DNA of 64,000 bases from Candidatus Bathyarchaeum tardum (GTDB taxonomy: Archaea > Thermoproteota > Bathyarchaeia > Bathyarchaeales > Bathyarchaeaceae). Location of the stretch: NCBI GenBank assembly GCA_024650005.2, contig CP122380.1, forward strand, positions 160,001 through 224,000, written 5' to 3'. Positions 51,179-61,530 of this stretch are shown here, piece by piece; the stretch's first letter is position 1, and each line of letters opens with the position of its first letter. The position numbers and the translations under genes were made by a program. Below the pieces are notes generated by a model. It was not told the origin of the DNA and made no database searches. It saw only the letters and a program-made list of their open reading frames with translations.

Positions 51179-53043
51179 ATTTTTCTCCTCTGTATTTTGT
51201 TTCTAAAAACTATCAAAACCGCTGTTGAAACAACAAACAGCGGCAGAATTGCCCAAAATGAAAACTCAGGAATTACGTTAACCTCAATTGGTGTCATTAA
51301 TGGATATTTGTCTGTGTTGTTGCGGTATTCCGAAACTAGGTATTGTGTGTCGCCGATTCCGTCGTTGTTTTTGTCTGTTCCGTTGTAGTCGCTCCAATAG
51401 TTGCCCCCTGACTGGGGACCGTTATCAAAAATTTGCATTCCATCTAGTATTGGTATGTATCCTTTGCTGGTTTTTTCGATTTTGACCTGTTGGTCTATGT
51501 TTTTGATAAAATTGTTGTTGTAAACAACGTTGTTTGAGCAGTTGACAAATCCTGCTCCTATCCAATTATTTTCGATATTGTTGCCTGTTATTGTGTTGCT
51601 AGAGGCGTTGAAAAAAAGCAGCCCGTGTTTGTAGTTTTCTTGAATGTTGTTGTTGGTTATGTTGTTTTGTGTTGAGTTGCCAAGCCAAATTGCCCAGTAA
51701 TTATGTTTGATATTGTTTTCAACTATGGAGTTGTTTGTGGATTGGTACAGTTTCACGCCATAATAGTTGTTGATTACTACAGTTTTGGTTATCGTGCAAT
51801 TTGTTGTGTACGCTAAAAAAAGTCCATTATAATTGTTTGAGATTTCAGCATCTGTAACTGTGATGTTACTGCAGTTAACCAAGGTTACCTGTCCTGCATC
51901 TGTTGGAACAGTTGCATTATGTAGGTTGACCAAGTAGTAAACTGGCTTGCCATCAACAGTGTTTGAGCTGTCAATATCTTGAATGTAATGTTCAAGTATT
52001 GTTCCGTTAACCCAGATGTTGTTTTTGTTACCAGAAATTTCGTTGTTACTTAGTTTGTTGTTGGTGCATTGTTTGATTTCTATTCCATGTTTATTTTTTG
52101 CGATTTTGTTTCCTACGATTATGTTGTTGCTTGCATCATCAGCTAATCCCAGTCCACAATATATGCTGTTGATTATGTGGTTTTTTTTGATGATATTGCC
52201 GAAAGACGAAGATATTATTTGGACAGCATTTGCTGTATCCATAAAACTGTTAGATTCGGCCAAATTGTTAGATGATGCTTGAATCTTTAGTCCATAACTG
52301 CCAAGTATTATGTTGTCTGCAGATCTCAAAAAAATATTTCTGGTTATCGTTATCTGGTTACTTGTTATGGTGTTGTTGTCTGCTGATGTGCAGCACCATA
52401 TTCCGCCAAGGGAATTAGAAACAAGGTTTGTACGTAGATTATTTGTAGTTGAAGAATTTATTACGATTCCATAACCGTAGATGTAATCCTCTATGCTGTT
52501 GCCTTGGATTGTGTTATTGTCAGAATATTGAAGCTTTATTCCTTTGCTGTATGGTATGTTTCTTGTGCCGTTCATATGGTTGTTTTCTATGATATTTTCT
52601 GAAGCTCCGTAAAGCCAAATACCTATCCAATGTTCGGAGAAAATGCAGTTTGACACTTTACAGTTTCGAACATGAAGCAGGTGGATTCCTCTGCCACTTA
52701 TAGAATTAACAACACTTTCTATTGTAAAATTGCTGATGGTGACATTGTCATGTTGCACCAACACTGCTGTTCCATTAAGTTCCCAGTTGCCGACTATTTT
52801 GGTTTTTTCTTTGTTTTCCCCAACTAATGATACCATTTTATCGATAACTACGCTGCCGTTGTATGTTCCTTCTTTCACAAAAACTGTGTCACCGTCATCA
52901 GCAGCGTCTACTGCTTGTTGAATTGAGTTGTAATCGTCGGGAACAACAATCATTTTTGGTTCCGGTTGGGCTTTAGTTTGAGGAAACAAAGCCAAAACAG
53001 AAATTAGTAATAACAAAATGAATGTTGTTTTGAATTCATTCAT
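51175..53043 (-). CDS. Secreted NosD/CASH parallel beta-helix protein with PEF-CTERM anchor
   Basis: Signal peptide from ATG 53043, VVPDDYNSIQQAV, GGNYWSDY, tail IPEFSFWAILPLF...RNKIQRRK. Confidence 0.9.
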   Translation of the reverse strand: MNEFKTTFILLLLISVLALFPQTKAQPEPKMIVVPDDYNSIQQAVDAADDGDTVFVKEGTYNGSVVIDKMVSLVGENKEKTKIVGNWELNGTAVLVQHDNVTISNFTIESVVNSISGRGIHLLHVRNCKVSNCIFSEHWIGIWLYGASENIIENNHMNGTRNIPYSKGIKLQYSDNNTIQGNSIEDYIYGYGIVINSSTTNNLRTNLVSNSLGGIWCCTSADNNTITSNQITITRNIFLRSADNIILGSYGLKIQASSNNLAESNSFMDTANAVQIISSSFGNIIKKNHIINSIYCGLGLADDASNNIIVGNKIAKNKHGIEIKQCTNNKLSNNEISGNKNNIWVNGTILEHYIQDIDSSNTVDGKPVYYLVNLHNATVPTDAGQVTLVNCSNITVTDAEISNNYNGLFLAYTTNCTITKTVVINNYYGVKLYQSTNNSIVENNIKHNYWAIWLGNSTQNNITNNNIQENYKHGLLFFNASSNTITGNNIENNWIGAGFVNCSNNVVYNNNFIKNIDQQVKIEKTSKGYIPILDGMQIFDNGPQSGGNYWSDYNGTDKNNDGIGDTQYLVSEYRNNTDKYPLMTPIEVNVIPEFSFWAILPLFVVSTAVLIVFRNKIQRRKM

Positions 53044-53089
53044 TTTACATCTAAATATTACTGGTTTGACATAAGGAAAAAGGGTTTTT

Positions 53090-53152
53090 GTCAAGAAATA
53101 TTGACTAAATGTTCTTGTATAAATTGTTTCTATAGTCAAGAAACTTTGACTA
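53090..53152. promoter_or_regulatory. Paired GTCAA-N6-TTGAC operator sites upstream of the NosD pair
   Basis: GTCAA-GAAATA-TTGAC (53090-53105) and TAGTCAA-GAAACT-TTGACTA (53133-53152). Confidence 0.65.
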
Positions 53153-53205
53153 ATAGACTTTTGAGTTTTTGTTTATGCATTAGCCTCTGCTTTTTTAGCA
53201 GTATC

Positions 53206-53364
53206 CTATTCTGTCTTTTGGTGCAATAATTTTTTGCATTTTGGACAATAAGGCTGAAGACTAAAAGGTTTATCTACCCACCAAACCCTGTTTACCAGTT
53301 TATATTTGACTTTAGTTCCACACGAATAACATTTTCTTTCATGAGGTTCTCTTGCTTTTGACAT
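53206..53364 (-). CDS. Small zinc-finger protein, 52 aa; not in the ORF track
   Basis: Hand translation MSKAREPHERKCYSCGTKVKYKLVNRVWWVDKPFSLQPYCPKCKKLLHQKTE has two CxxC motifs. Confidence 0.6.
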   Translation of the reverse strand: MSKAREPHERKCYSCGTKVKYKLVNRVWWVDKPFSLQPYCPKCKKLLHQKTE

Positions 53365-53703
53365 TTACTGCGTCCCAAAAACGTATTAAATAATAAGACT
53401 AAATAAACTTTAATTATTGATAATACGGATTATTTGATGGGATTAAACTTTATCTCCTCTGCTGGTTTGAAAGGAATATCTTTACGGTTATCGTCCCTAC
53501 TAGGGTACCCTGACTGTTTTCCTTACCTGTATACACGATTTAGCACGTAAACACTCTACTTCTTTTGTTTATAATATGGTACCTTCCTTAATCCTCTCTT
53601 TCATATTTGGTATACAATCGCAAAGAAATGAGGAAGAAATTAATACTCTTGGTTTAATCTCCTGCATAAAAGCAAACAAGATTACATGTGCAAAGATGAT
53701 TAC

Positions 53704-53795
53704 TTATTGCTTTTCTCTATTATGATGTCTGCAAAGTACCTGACCATTACCGATTGTTGTTTTTTCCCCTATTTGCTCCAAGGCTTCACGTGATC
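53704..53795 (-). pseudogene. HNH endonuclease C-terminal remnant (in-frame stop plus frameshift)
   Basis: DHVKPWSK*G, then in a shifted frame KTTIGNGQVLCRHHNREK; matches the HNH pattern DH..PWSKGG.T...N.Q.LC...N..K. Confidence 0.65.
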
Positions 53796-53935
53796 ACTTT
53801 TAAATTAATAGATTAAGTAAAACTGTAAAAAGCCGATTATTATGGATTGTAAACCAAAATATGTTGCAGATTTTTTTATGGCAAACCTAAAAAGGAAAAA
53901 CAATCCACATTTTCTAATCGAGAATAGGGGTAATC

Positions 53936-54871
53936 ATGATGGTAAATGCGAGAGAATTTATTGAGAATGCCATAATTGAAATTAATGAAACAGTGGGAGA
54001 AAATAAGGTAATCTCTGCTTGTTCTGGAGGAGTTGACAGCATGACTGCAACTTATCTAGTTCACAAGGCTGTAGGCGATAACCTACTTGCAGTTTTCATT
54101 GATGATGGATTGAGGCGTCAAGGAGAACCAGAATTTGTTGCTGAAACACTAAAATCTTTAGGAATTAAAACAAGAGTAATTGATGCAAAAGAAGAATTCT
54201 TCAAAACTTTTCAAGGAAAAATTGATGCTGAAGAAAAACGCAAAGCTTTCAGAGACAAATTCTATAAAACTTTTGGAAAAGTAGCAAAAGAAGAAAACAT
54301 GAAATTTATTGTTCAAGGCACAATAAAGGCTGATGTACTTGAAACTGTTAAGGGAATTAAATCACAACACAATGTCCTAGAACAGATAGGAATTAATCCT
54401 CAAAAATATGGTTATGTAATTCTTGAACCCTTAAGAGAACTTTTTAAACCCGGTGTCAGAATGGTAGCTCGGGAACTTGGGCTTCCAAAAGAAGTTTCTG
54501 AAAGAATGCCTTTCCCGGGACCAGCATTATCACTAAGAGTCTTAGGGGAGGTAACTCCTGAAAAAGTTGCTATTGTACGTAAAGCAACTCAAATAGTTGA
54601 AGAAGAAACATCAAACCTTAAAACATTCCAGAATTTTGCAGTGCTTCATAACGACAAAGCTACTGGAATTAAAAATGACAAAAGAGTATATGGTAACATT
54701 GTAACAATACGGGTTGTAGTTTCAAAAGATGCTGTAACTGCAACTGCAAAAGAAATTGAATACAAAACATTATTCAAAATTGCAAAAAGGATTACAACGG
54801 AACTACCTACAGTTGTTAGATGTTTGTATGATGTTACAGATAAGCCACCTGCAACAATAGAGTTCGAATAA
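53936..54871 (+). CDS. guaAB: GMP synthase ATP-pyrophosphatase subunit B
   Basis: SGGVDS, IKSQHNV, PFPGPAL and KPPATIEFE motifs; no GATase domain. Confidence 0.95.
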   Translation: MMVNAREFIENAIIEINETVGENKVISACSGGVDSMTATYLVHKAVGDNLLAVFIDDGLRRQGEPEFVAETLKSLGIKTRVIDAKEEFFKTFQGKIDAEEKRKAFRDKFYKTFGKVAKEENMKFIVQGTIKADVLETVKGIKSQHNVLEQIGINPQKYGYVILEPLRELFKPGVRMVARELGLPKEVSERMPFPGPALSLRVLGEVTPEKVAIVRKATQIVEEETSNLKTFQNFAVLHNDKATGIKNDKRVYGNIVTIRVVVSKDAVTATAKEIEYKTLFKIAKRITTELPTVVRCLYDVTDKPPATIEFE

Positions 54872-55018
54872 TACAAAAACATCTTAATTTTTTGGTTAAT
54901 TTTTAACCTTTTTTCCCTCTTCTTTTCTATCTTTCCTTTCTACTTTTCTTATCACAAAACACAAAATGAAATACAGTAAAACAAAAGACTCACACGCAAT
55001 TGTGGGAATAATTGTTAG

Positions 55019-55069
55019 GTCAAACTTTCTTGACAAGGTATCCGATATTTTTGGTCAAGGTTTCTTGAC
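55019..55069. promoter_or_regulatory. Paired GTCAA-N6-TTGAC operator sites upstream of a PEF-CTERM gene
   Basis: GTCAA-ACTTTC-TTGAC (55019-55034) and GTCAA-GGTTTC-TTGAC (55054-55069). Confidence 0.65.
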
Positions 55070-55107
55070 AAAAACCCTTTTGTTTTCTCTAAATCCAGCA
55101 ATTATTC

Positions 55108-55614
55108 GTGAACATAATGAAACGTATAATGATTATAAGTTCACTGATGACTGTTTTATTTCTTTCAACCTGTATACCTAACGCTGTTTTTGCCTCTTCT
55201 GAGAATTGGGTTGAAGTAATGAGATTTTCAGAAAACTCTTCTTGGTTAGGTGAGACGGACCCTTTTATTATTGACCATGTTGATTGGAGAATTAAATGGG
55301 AATATGTTCCAAGACCTAATGAAGAAAATCTGTCAGTTTTTCAAGTATATGCAGAAACACACGAAGACTTTCACAAAAGAGTAGATTCAATAGTAAATTG
55401 GGGTTCTGGAATCTATAATGGAACTCTAAACATAACCGATGATTTTGGCAAATATAAATTATTTATAATATCAAACGTGCCTAGCTTCTCAATAATAATT
55501 GAACAAAACATAGATTCCATCCCAGAATTTCCTTCATGGATAGTTTTACCCTTATTCTTGATTGCAACGTTGTCTTTGATTGCTGCCAGAAAAAAACTAA
55601 AACTAAATTCTTGA
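55108..55614 (+). CDS. Secreted protein with PEF-CTERM anchor
   Basis: Signal peptide; tail IPEFPSWIVLPLFLIATLSLIAARKKLK. Confidence 0.8.
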   Translation: MNIMKRIMIISSLMTVLFLSTCIPNAVFASSENWVEVMRFSENSSWLGETDPFIIDHVDWRIKWEYVPRPNEENLSVFQVYAETHEDFHKRVDSIVNWGSGIYNGTLNITDDFGKYKLFIISNVPSFSIIIEQNIDSIPEFPSWIVLPLFLIATLSLIAARKKLKLNS

Positions 55615-55758
55615 GTAATGCTTTGTGATTCGGAATTTGAGAACACAATATCCGAGATTGAATAGGTTGTTTATTCCGGAATAGGCTTTGAATCCTGTTC
55701 TTTTTCACTCTGCCTGTGCCCCCTTGGGCACAATTCACTCGAGCACTGTAAGATTTTG

Positions 55759-56199
55759 TTATTTTTTATTCTGTTTTTGATCCATTACTTTTTTTGCTAA
55801 AATTACTGCTTCTTCTTTTGTTTCTCCGAATAATGCACCTATTTCATCTGCATCGTCTTCAGTCACAGCTGTGCCGCCAATCATGATTGTAATTTTGTCT
55901 TTTATTCCTTCGTTTTCTAGGGCAGAAACTACCTTTGGAAGATTATTTTTTGCAGCGCTCAATAAAACAGAAATAACAATTATGTCTGCGTTTGTCTCTT
56001 TAGCTTTTGACGCAAAAACTTCCGGAGAAGCCCCGCGTCCAACATCTACAACTTTAAACTGTGCCCTCTTCAAGGCTTTTCTGACCATCTCTTTAGCCGT
56101 AGTCATTATATCGGGATCAAGAGTACCTATTACCACAGTTCCAATTGGATTGTCTGGTTCAGGAGGTTCCTTGTCCATCATGCCTTTTAACCAAGCCAA
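55759..56199 (-). CDS. Cobalamin (B12)-binding domain protein lacking the canonical DxHxxG histidine
   Basis: GTVVIGT..PDIMTTAK, FKVVDVG, ADIIVISVL and IMIGG match the corrinoid Rossmann domain. Confidence 0.8.
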   Translation of the reverse strand: MAWLKGMMDKEPPEPDNPIGTVVIGTLDPDIMTTAKEMVRKALKRAQFKVVDVGRGASPEVFASKAKETNADIIVISVLLSAAKNNLPKVVSALENEGIKDKITIMIGGTAVTEDDADEIGALFGETKEEAVILAKKVMDQKQNKK

Positions 56200-56337
56200 A
56201 AAATCACCCCTATATGTATAATACTAATAGATGCTGGAAGCTTTTAATCCTGCCGTTAAAATTGCATCCGTTCGGGTGTATTTTAATTGGTATTTTAGTT
56301 ACATAATGCTTATATTATTGGTTTTCTATGTTGGCTT

Positions 56338-56354
56338 TACTACCTAAAGTAGTA
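56338..56354. promoter_or_regulatory. Candidate heat-shock repressor operator
   Basis: TACTAC-CTAAA-GTAGTA palindrome downstream of the TATA-like TTATATTA and upstream of the regulator-grpE-dnaK-dnaJ operon. Confidence 0.5.
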
Positions 56355-56459
56355 TAGTACGTGTGGTAACAAATGACTGAAGCTCGAGCCGCCAAAAACA
56401 TTTACGAATCTGAAGAGGCAATGTGAGGGATTACTATCAAAGGCGATTTAGACCTATTT

Positions 56460-57137
56460 TTGATGATTCTGGAAAACCCCACACGAAGAGATATCATAAA
56501 ACGTCTCAGCGAGGAACCAAATTACTCCCTTCAGTTGGCAAAAGATTTAGGCCTAGGTCAACAGCTGGTTGCAAAACATCTGCGGATAATGGAAGAAGCT
56601 GGAATGGTGGCATCTTCTGTTGAAGCCAGTCCCCTTGGTCCCAAACGCAAAATCTACACCCTGGACAAGAACGTTTCTGTTACTTTGGATGTTTCCCGAC
56701 ATTTTTTCAAGGCCAAAGTTGTATTTTTTGACTCTGAGCCTGAACGAGAAGAAATCTCTGATACTTCTGCTTCTCTGATGGATAAAATGGACCAAACCCT
56801 GGAACGTCCAAAACAGTTTGAAACCATCACACCTTTTACCAGTATAATTTCTGAAATAGATAAACAACTAGAATCCTTGGAGAATGAACGTGCAATTTTG
56901 TTGTATATCAGAAATTTTGCAATGAAAGAAGCTTCCCACATCGTTGAGTTATTCACGAATCCTGATACAAGAAGAATCATCCGTTACGCTTTAGATGAAC
57001 ATGACATCAGCGTGAAAAGCATCTCTGAATCCCTAAATTTGAGGGAAACTATTGTTCGTCAGGCATTATCAAAATTGAAACAGAGTTTTAATATTGGAGT
57101 TGAAATTGTTGACGAAAACCCAAAAGAAAACCAGTAA
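56460..57137 (+). CDS. ArsR-family wHTH regulator heading the dnaK operon (HSR/Phr-like heat-shock regulator)
   Basis: LENPTRRDIIKRL..EPNYSLQLAKDL..QQLVAKHLRIME..GPKRKIY; coiled coil; second HTH. Confidence 0.8.
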   Translation: MMILENPTRRDIIKRLSEEPNYSLQLAKDLGLGQQLVAKHLRIMEEAGMVASSVEASPLGPKRKIYTLDKNVSVTLDVSRHFFKAKVVFFDSEPEREEISDTSASLMDKMDQTLERPKQFETITPFTSIISEIDKQLESLENERAILLYIRNFAMKEASHIVELFTNPDTRRIIRYALDEHDISVKSISESLNLRETIVRQALSKLKQSFNIGVEIVDENPKENQ

Positions 57138-57681
57138 ATCGAGTGGAAAATCTTTGAAAGATTCTAACATTAACAAAGAACTTGAACAAAAAATAACCCA
57201 ACTAGAAGAACAACTAAGTGTAGAACAAAAGAAATCTCAAGACTACTTGACTAAACTCAAGTATCTGCAAGCTGATTTTGAAAATTACCGCAGAAGGGCA
57301 GAAAAACAGGTCCAAGATGCTGTTACTCGTAGCAACGAAAACCTGGTTTCATCCCTGATTGAAGTTATTGATGATTTTGAAAATGCAATTTCAGCAGGAG
57401 AAACAACCGAAAACAAAGATGCTCTGCTGGAAGGAATAAAAATGGTTCATAAAAAACTGGATTGTTTGTTGGCAACTGAAGGTTTAGAGCGCCTTGAATG
57501 TGTGGGTCACCAATTTGACCCCATAAAACATGAAGTTTTGGCGCAAATCCCAACCGACAACCATGAAAGTGGCACAGTCATTGAAGAAGCTCGCAAGGGC
57601 TTCGTTTTCAAAGGCAAAGTTCTCAGACCAAGCGTAGTTACTATCGCTTGTGAAAATTCAAAAGGTGAACACAATGAGTGA
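57094..57681 (+). CDS. grpE: Nucleotide exchange factor GrpE; start possibly TTG 57106
   Basis: [16 protein letters not shown] and VLRPSVV motifs. Confidence 0.96.
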   Translation: MELKLLTKTQKKTSKSSGKSLKDSNINKELEQKITQLEEQLSVEQKKSQDYLTKLKYLQADFENYRRRAEKQVQDAVTRSNENLVSSLIEVIDDFENAISAGETTENKDALLEGIKMVHKKLDCLLATEGLERLECVGHQFDPIKHEVLAQIPTDNHESGTVIEEARKGFVFKGKVLRPSVVTIACENSKGEHNE

Positions 57682-59563
57682 AACAAAACGAGAAAGAATA
57701 TTAGGAATAGACCTAGGAACAACCAACTCTGCAGCTGCCATAATGGAAGCTGGAAGACCCGTAATCATCCCCAGCGCAGAGGGACCAACCATCGCGGGCA
57801 AAATGTTTCCGTCGGTGGTTGCCTTCACAAAAGATGGACAACTGTTAGTTGGAGAACCCGCAAAACGACAAGCGGTAACCAACCCAGAAGGGTCAGTTTT
57901 TGAAGTAAAACGAAAAATGGGTACAAACGAAAAGATCAAACTCCACGGCAAAGAATACAGTCCACAACAAATTTCTGCTTTCATACTTCAGAAAATTAAA
58001 CGTGACGCAGAAACCTTCCTTGGTGAACCTGTAAGCAAATGTATCATTACAGTCCCTGCCCATTTTAACGACAACCAGCGACAAGCAACCAAAGACGCTG
58101 GAGAAATTGCAGGGTTTGAAATTTCCCGAATAATCAACGAACCAACTGCGGCCTCCCTTGCGTATGGTTTAGACAAAACTGACAAAGAAATGAAAATTTT
58201 GGTCTTCAGTTTCGGTGGAGGAACCAACGACACTACAATCATGGATTTCGGTGGAGGAGTCTTCGAAGTTTTAGGAACAAGCGGAGATACTCAACTAGGT
58301 GGAACAAACTTGGACTCTGCAGTTGTAAATTACTTACTTGGAGACTTCAAAACCCAAAACGGCATTGACCTAAGCAATGACGCCATGGCAATGCGTCGAC
58401 TTAAAGAAGCTGGAGAAAAAGCCAAAATTGAGCTTTCAACCTTGCTCACAACTGATATCGATCTGCCTTTCATTGCTTCTGACGTTAGTGGTCCAAAACA
58501 CTTGCATGTTACATTAACTCGAGCTAAACTTGAACAACTAACAAGACCCATAGTTGAAAAAATCCGCGAGCCAATATTGCGAACCTTGCGAGACGCTAAA
58601 CTAGAAACAAAAGACATCGACAAAGTCGTATTAATTGGCGGACAAACGCGAATGCCTTTGGTTCGAAAATTTATGGAAGATCTTCTAGGTAAACCTGCTG
58701 AACGTGGTGTTGACCCGATGGAGTGTGTTGCTGTTGGTGCTGCAATTCAAGCTGGAGTCTTGGCTGGAGAAGTCAAAGACCTTCTACTGTTGGATGTTAC
58801 TCCCTTGTCTCTTGGAGTTGAAACTCTAGGTGGAGTTTCCACAAAAGTCATCGAACGAAACACAACCATACCCACCAAGAAAAGCCAAATATTCTCTACT
58901 GCTTCAGATAACCAAACAACCGTAACCATAAACGTGTTGCAAGGCGAACGTGCCATGGCAAAAGACAATGTTTCCTTGGGAATGTTTAACCTAACTGGAA
59001 TACCACCTGCGCCTCGAGGTGTCCCTCAAGTTGAAGTAACCTTTGACATTGACGCTGACGGTATCCTGAATGTTTCAGCCAAAGATTTAGCCACAAGCAA
59101 GGAACAAAAAATTACCATAACTGCTTCAACAAAACTTTCTGACACAGAAAAAGAACGTATGATGAAAGAAGCTGAACAATTCGCCGAAGAAGACGAAAAA
59201 CGCAAAAAAGAAATCGAAGTCCTCAACGAAGCTGACTCGTTGCTCTATACTGTAGAAAAAACCAAATCTGACCTAGGGGACAAACTTGCAAAAGATCAAA
59301 TCGAAAAAATCGATAAAGCCGCAGCTGAATTACGAGAAGTTCATAGTAGCAAAGACATTGAAAAAATCAAAGAAAAATCTGAAGCTTTAACCAAAATCTT
59401 GCAAGAAGTAGCTACTGTAGTTTACCAGCAAGCCGCGGCTGCACAGCAAGCAGCCCAACAGGCTCAAGGAGCGCAAGGGCAACAAGGACAACCGAACGCT
59501 GAAGGTCCCAAAGAAAACGTTGTAGATGCAGAATATGAAGAAGTAAAGGACAACAAAGAATAA
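57674..59563 (+). CDS. dnaK: Chaperone DnaK (Hsp70)
   Basis: [24 protein letters not shown] and DVTPLSLG motifs; SD GGTGA before ATG 57674. Confidence 0.98.
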   Translation: MSETKRERILGIDLGTTNSAAAIMEAGRPVIIPSAEGPTIAGKMFPSVVAFTKDGQLLVGEPAKRQAVTNPEGSVFEVKRKMGTNEKIKLHGKEYSPQQISAFILQKIKRDAETFLGEPVSKCIITVPAHFNDNQRQATKDAGEIAGFEISRIINEPTAASLAYGLDKTDKEMKILVFSFGGGTNDTTIMDFGGGVFEVLGTSGDTQLGGTNLDSAVVNYLLGDFKTQNGIDLSNDAMAMRRLKEAGEKAKIELSTLLTTDIDLPFIASDVSGPKHLHVTLTRAKLEQLTRPIVEKIREPILRTLRDAKLETKDIDKVVLIGGQTRMPLVRKFMEDLLGKPAERGVDPMECVAVGAAIQAGVLAGEVKDLLLLDVTPLSLGVETLGGVSTKVIERNTTIPTKKSQIFSTASDNQTTVTINVLQGERAMAKDNVSLGMFNLTGIPPAPRGVPQVEVTFDIDADGILNVSAKDLATSKEQKITITASTKLSDTEKERMMKEAEQFAEEDEKRKKEIEVLNEADSLLYTVEKTKSDLGDKLAKDQIEKIDKAAAELREVHSSKDIEKIKEKSEALTKILQEVATVVYQQAAAAQQAAQQAQGAQGQQGQPNAEGPKENVVDAEYEEVKDNKE

Positions 59564-59596
59564 TCACCCTGTTGTTACGGCTTAGGCTGATATCCA

Positions 59597-60691
59597 GTGA
59601 CTGACAAACGCGACTACTACGAAGTTCTTGGAGTGTCAAAAGATGCTCTAAAACCCGAGATAAAAAAAGCATACCGAAAATTAGCTATGCAATACCACCC
59701 TGACCGAAACAAAGACGGAGGCGCTGAAGAAAAATTCAAAGAAATATCTGAAGCCTATGCTGTTCTTTCTGACGACGAAAAACGTAGCCAGTACGACCAG
59801 TATGGTCATGCTGGAATCAACGGGAAATACAACTGGGAAGACATTTACCGAAACACCGATTTTAACTCAGTTTTCAGAGACATCGGTTTCGGTGGGTTTG
59901 GCTCCATTTTTGACATGTTCTTTGGTGGAGGTGGAGGCGGTCGACGGGGGGGTCCACAAAAAGGTCAGGATTTGCGTCATCCAGTGGTGATCACTCTGGA
60001 AGAAGCTGCTTCTGGGGTTGAAAAAGAAATTGAATTCGACGGTTTTGACTCCTGTGACGTTTGTAGCGGCAGTGGAATTAAGCCTGATGCAAAAACTAGC
60101 CGATGTCCTGAATGCCAAGGAACTGGTCAGGTGCGTTCTGCTCGAAATTTGGGGGGTATGTACTTTACTCAAGTTCATCCTTGTAGGTCATGTAATGGAA
60201 GAGGCGTTCCTTTAGATAGTATATGTCAAAGTTGCAGGGGTTCTGGCGCTAAGCCTGCACGGCACAAAATTAAAGTAAAGATTCCCGCTGGATTTGAAGA
60301 TGGATACAGCCTGCGCATAAATGGCGAAGGCAAGCCTGGAATTAAAGGCGGTCCTCGGGGAGACTTGTATGTGCTTGTACACATTAAACCTCATAACCTG
60401 TTTGTACGCAGGGGTGATGACATTTTGTATGAAACCCAAATTAGTTTTCCTCAAGCTGCCTTGGGGACCAAAATTATGGTGCCCACATTAAATGGCGAAG
60501 CTAAACTGAAGATTCCAGATGGAACCCAAAGTGGAACAGTTTTCCGTTTGAAAGGCAAAGGTGTTCCTCATTTGCGGGGTTGGGGAAGTGGAGACCAGTT
60601 CGTAAATGTTGTCATCAATACTCCCCAGAAGCTATCGAAAAAACAAAAGAAACTCTTGAAAGAACTAGAAAAAGAATTTAAACACGATTAA
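59597..60691 (+). CDS. dnaJ: Chaperone DnaJ
   Basis: J domain HPD, G/F region, four CxxCxGxG repeats. Confidence 0.98.
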   Translation: MTDKRDYYEVLGVSKDALKPEIKKAYRKLAMQYHPDRNKDGGAEEKFKEISEAYAVLSDDEKRSQYDQYGHAGINGKYNWEDIYRNTDFNSVFRDIGFGGFGSIFDMFFGGGGGGRRGGPQKGQDLRHPVVITLEEAASGVEKEIEFDGFDSCDVCSGSGIKPDAKTSRCPECQGTGQVRSARNLGGMYFTQVHPCRSCNGRGVPLDSICQSCRGSGAKPARHKIKVKIPAGFEDGYSLRINGEGKPGIKGGPRGDLYVLVHIKPHNLFVRRGDDILYETQISFPQAALGTKIMVPTLNGEAKLKIPDGTQSGTVFRLKGKGVPHLRGWGSGDQFVNVVINTPQKLSKKQKKLLKELEKEFKHD

Positions 60692-61131
60692 CTTCTATTT
60701 TCAGCTCTTTTTTTCTGTTTTTCCCATTTTTTCTTTGCTGATCAGTCATTGGTTGGTTGTGTATTGTTGTATCTTTGGTTTCTTTGGTTATTTTGGTTTT
60801 ATTTGCCTGTTCCAGCGTTTTCTTGTGCTTTTGTACGCTGTTTTTGTAGTTTTTGGTACTTCTGTTCTACAGTTTAAATATTGACTAATACTTCAGTTTT
60901 CCCCCATTTTTTTATGCATTATGTATTCTATTTTTAGTTATTTATGAAATTTAGTTGCGATTTTGAAGTTATTTTTGCTGTTGAAGTTGCTGGCGTGATA
61001 TGCTTTGATATTGTTTGTCGTCACACCCATCCTTAAATCGATGTTTGACCTGTTATGAAAGTAAGAATATGTCTGGATAATGACATATTGTATAACTGTA
61101 ACACATAACTACACAAGGAAGATGGAAAAAA

Positions 61132-61530
61132 ATGAACAAACAAGAAATTAGAAAAGCTGAAATCAAGCTCGTAAGAGGAATGCTTGACCTAGTTGTCCTA
61201 GGGTTATTAAAGGATAAATCCCTCCACGGATATGGAGTAATAACAAACATACGCAAAAACTTTGGAGTTTACTTTGGTCCCAGTACCATCTACCCTCTGC
61301 TGGGTGAACTTGAAAAGAAAGGGACCATCAAAAGCGAATGGGACCTAACCCATGACCGTCCACGAAAAGTATATTCTTTAACCCCTGAAGGGGACAGTTT
61401 GTTAAACGGTGTGGAACAATCCCTTTACCAAATATGCAACAGACTCAACGAATTCGGGATGAACCGTTTGCGTCTTAACTGCCCAACAATTGACAACCAA
61501 CTGAAAGTAAACGATGTGATTTCCCTATGA
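61132..61530 (+). CDS. PadR-family transcriptional regulator
   Basis: LHGYGVI...GPSTIYPLL..LE..G...RPRKVYSLT. Confidence 0.9.
   Translation: MNKQEIRKAEIKLVRGMLDLVVLGLLKDKSLHGYGVITNIRKNFGVYFGPSTIYPLLGELEKKGTIKSEWDLTHDRPRKVYSLTPEGDSLLNGVEQSLYQICNRLNEFGMNRLRLNCPTIDNQLKVNDVISL

Noticed and set aside
53173-53208. Amber (pyrrolysine) readthrough of the Zn-finger ORF into DTAKKAEANA
   Set aside because: No pyl genes in the window; a short open tail is expected by chance
54966-55181. 71-aa ORF and the upstream extension of the NosD ORF (53044-53139)
   Set aside because: Both run across the GTCAA-N6-TTGAC operator/promoter DNA and are better explained as non-coding
55615-55758. Hairpins (TTATTCCGGAATAG, TGTGCCC-CCTT-GGGCACA) as a cobalamin riboswitch or ncRNA
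   Set aside because: They lie 3' of the B12-binding gene between convergent genes and show no B12-box; more likely terminator structure
56424-56426. In-frame TGA read as selenocysteine in the ArsR regulator
   Set aside because: No redox context, SECIS element or sel genes seen
59425-59495. CAG/CAA/GCN-rich repeat-like stretch
   Set aside because: Encodes the ordinary Q/A/G low-complexity DnaK tail
60692-61131. Strongly T-rich intergenic stretch
   Set aside because: No convincing ORF or repeat unit found on either strand; treated as terminator/promoter DNA
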